Assembly (NCBI RefSeq): GCF_902459465.1
Contig: NC_047082.1
Span: 7,006,001-7,070,000 of the forward strand
Length of the DNA stretch: 64,000 nt
DNA from: Asterias rubens
Lineage: Eukaryota
Direction: 5' to 3'
Shown here: positions 62,325 to 64,000 of the stretch, piece after piece
Layout of the letters: every line of letters starts with the position of its first letter
How positions within the stretch are numbered: the first letter of the stretch is position 1
Translations under genes and position numbers: made by a program
The notes under the pieces: model-generated
Told to the model about the DNA's origin: nothing
The model's input: only the letters and a program-made list of their open reading frames with translations
The model's database searches: none

Positions 62325-64000
62325 ACATTTAATTACCCTACATGCATTGCATCAAAAAGTAAACTGGCACCATTAGCGCGAGCCTTCCCACCCGGCCGGC
62401 CGCGGGATCCCGCGGCCGGGTGACGATCCGAACATGTTCATTTGTTGTCTTCTGTAAATCCAGCCAAAGAAGGACTGTTTCTAAGTCGATTAAAAAAATG
62501 GAAATCCATAGAAAAAAACATCAGGACAATTTTTGAGAATGGCAACTTCGGACAGATCAAAAATCGGGGGCTCACGTGGGCGTGCGAGTATTACAGAACT
62601 GCAGCTGCGCAAGTGTGTTAAAAAAACACGATAAAGGCCCGAAAACACCTAAGACTAGGCCTACGCTAAGACTTCCAAACACATGTAGTTATACTAAATC
62701 AATGTTTTAACGCTTATTATCTTTCTCGCTCACAATCAGTTCCATCGATTTGTATTTATTTTAATTGATGCATTGGTGTGAAAACAGAATGAACAATTAT
62801 TTCGTTTCGCTGTTGAATGAGGGCGCTACACCACTCTTATTGTTAATAAGGACACACTCGAAATAGAAGAACAGCAGCTCACTAGATGAACCACACCCTG
62901 ACGAATTTTTATGATCAAAGTTATTCTATCCAATGTTTCAAAATTTCACTCGTACACACCCCCTCGGTTTGTAATGCACTTTGCGAAGTCATTTATCAAA
63001 ACTCGACAATAATGGACGTTTCTAAATCAGGTAAACAACTTTATGTCGGGGGCTAACACATTATTATTATAACAAAAGTAGAAATAAATCTCCCCAGGTT
63101 TGTCAAAACATAAGAATGTGATTTTTCAGTAAGTCTTGTGCCTTTTATTCAAAGTTAGGCATACGGCATTGAAAAAACTAATGCATTCAAGTGTAGATTG
63201 CTAGAATTCATCAAAATATTTCGTTGTGAATCTGAATTTAATTTCGATTCCTAAATAAAAACAGATCGATTTGTGATCTGAGACGACACGATGTATGAAA
63301 TCGTACTGTAATAACGGTTGTGCTTTGTTTGGTGTGTGCCTGCAAAGTGTTGGATATTTTTACCGGATGGGCATACTAGTGTAGGCCTATAGACCGATGA
63401 CGTCAACATTTAGGTCCAATTCTGTCTGGTTTTTATAAAAACAAATTCTTCTTTTTTTCCCTTTCTTTTTTACCTTTAAATTGTAAACAAAAGGTCCCCA
63501 ATGAATCCTAAAAGACAATCTTTATAAGGAACTACGGAGTGTATAAAAAATAGTTCAATCACAGTTATTAGTTACGGGCCTACCCCAATGCATTTAATTT
63601 TAGAAATACAACATTGATGAGTATCAAATTTAAATTTTGACGTCATCAAAGAAATCAGCAAATTAATAGGTTTCATGTTGTTGTTGTTGTTGTTTTATTT
63701 TATTTTGTCGAGTGATAAAAGATATATACATGATTTTGTTCGATGATTTTTTTTCTTTCTTTGTGGGCTTCATCGGTTAGTACATGAACCCGAGATTAAT
63801 TTTATTCAATGTTAAGTTAGTGATGACGGGGTTGCCATAGATGGTTCCGTCCGCTAGATCATTCACCTTCCACCATACCAGCGATAAACAGATTGCGATA
63901 ATTAGATGATTACTACGATATTCAATTTGGTGCCCTTTTACTGGACGAGTCGTACGTGGGGGCCTGGGAACGGGTAATTTCCAATCTACACGTCAACTGC

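Overview
Eukaryotic, intron-rich, AT-rich and transposon-dense DNA. It is most likely from an echinoderm (sea-star-like MITE and SINE families); this taxon call is an inference. The left 40 kb holds secreted and cell-surface defence-type genes. These are a 5-exon fibrinogen-related (FReD) gene on the minus strand with two further copies of its signal-peptide exon, an orphan UGT-like exon, tRNA-Trp(CCA), a 3-exon GPI-anchored Ly6/uPAR gene, a single-exon class A GPCR broken by a 1-nt frameshift, and a 5-exon F-type lectin + PAN/Apple gene. The right 20 kb holds two conserved housekeeping genes, PITHD1 (+) and MRPL15 (-), which converge on a 4.5-kb quasi-palindromic satellite and carry several minisatellites. 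A ~7-kb segmental duplication (about 375-7679 vs 19046-26332) shows filled and empty sites for several LINE and MITE insertions. A foldback of three degenerate hammerhead-ribozyme-like motifs lies at 35.9-36.1 kb. There are two assembly gaps. All exon models were assembled by hand from GT-AG sites and phase consistency; no database search was run.
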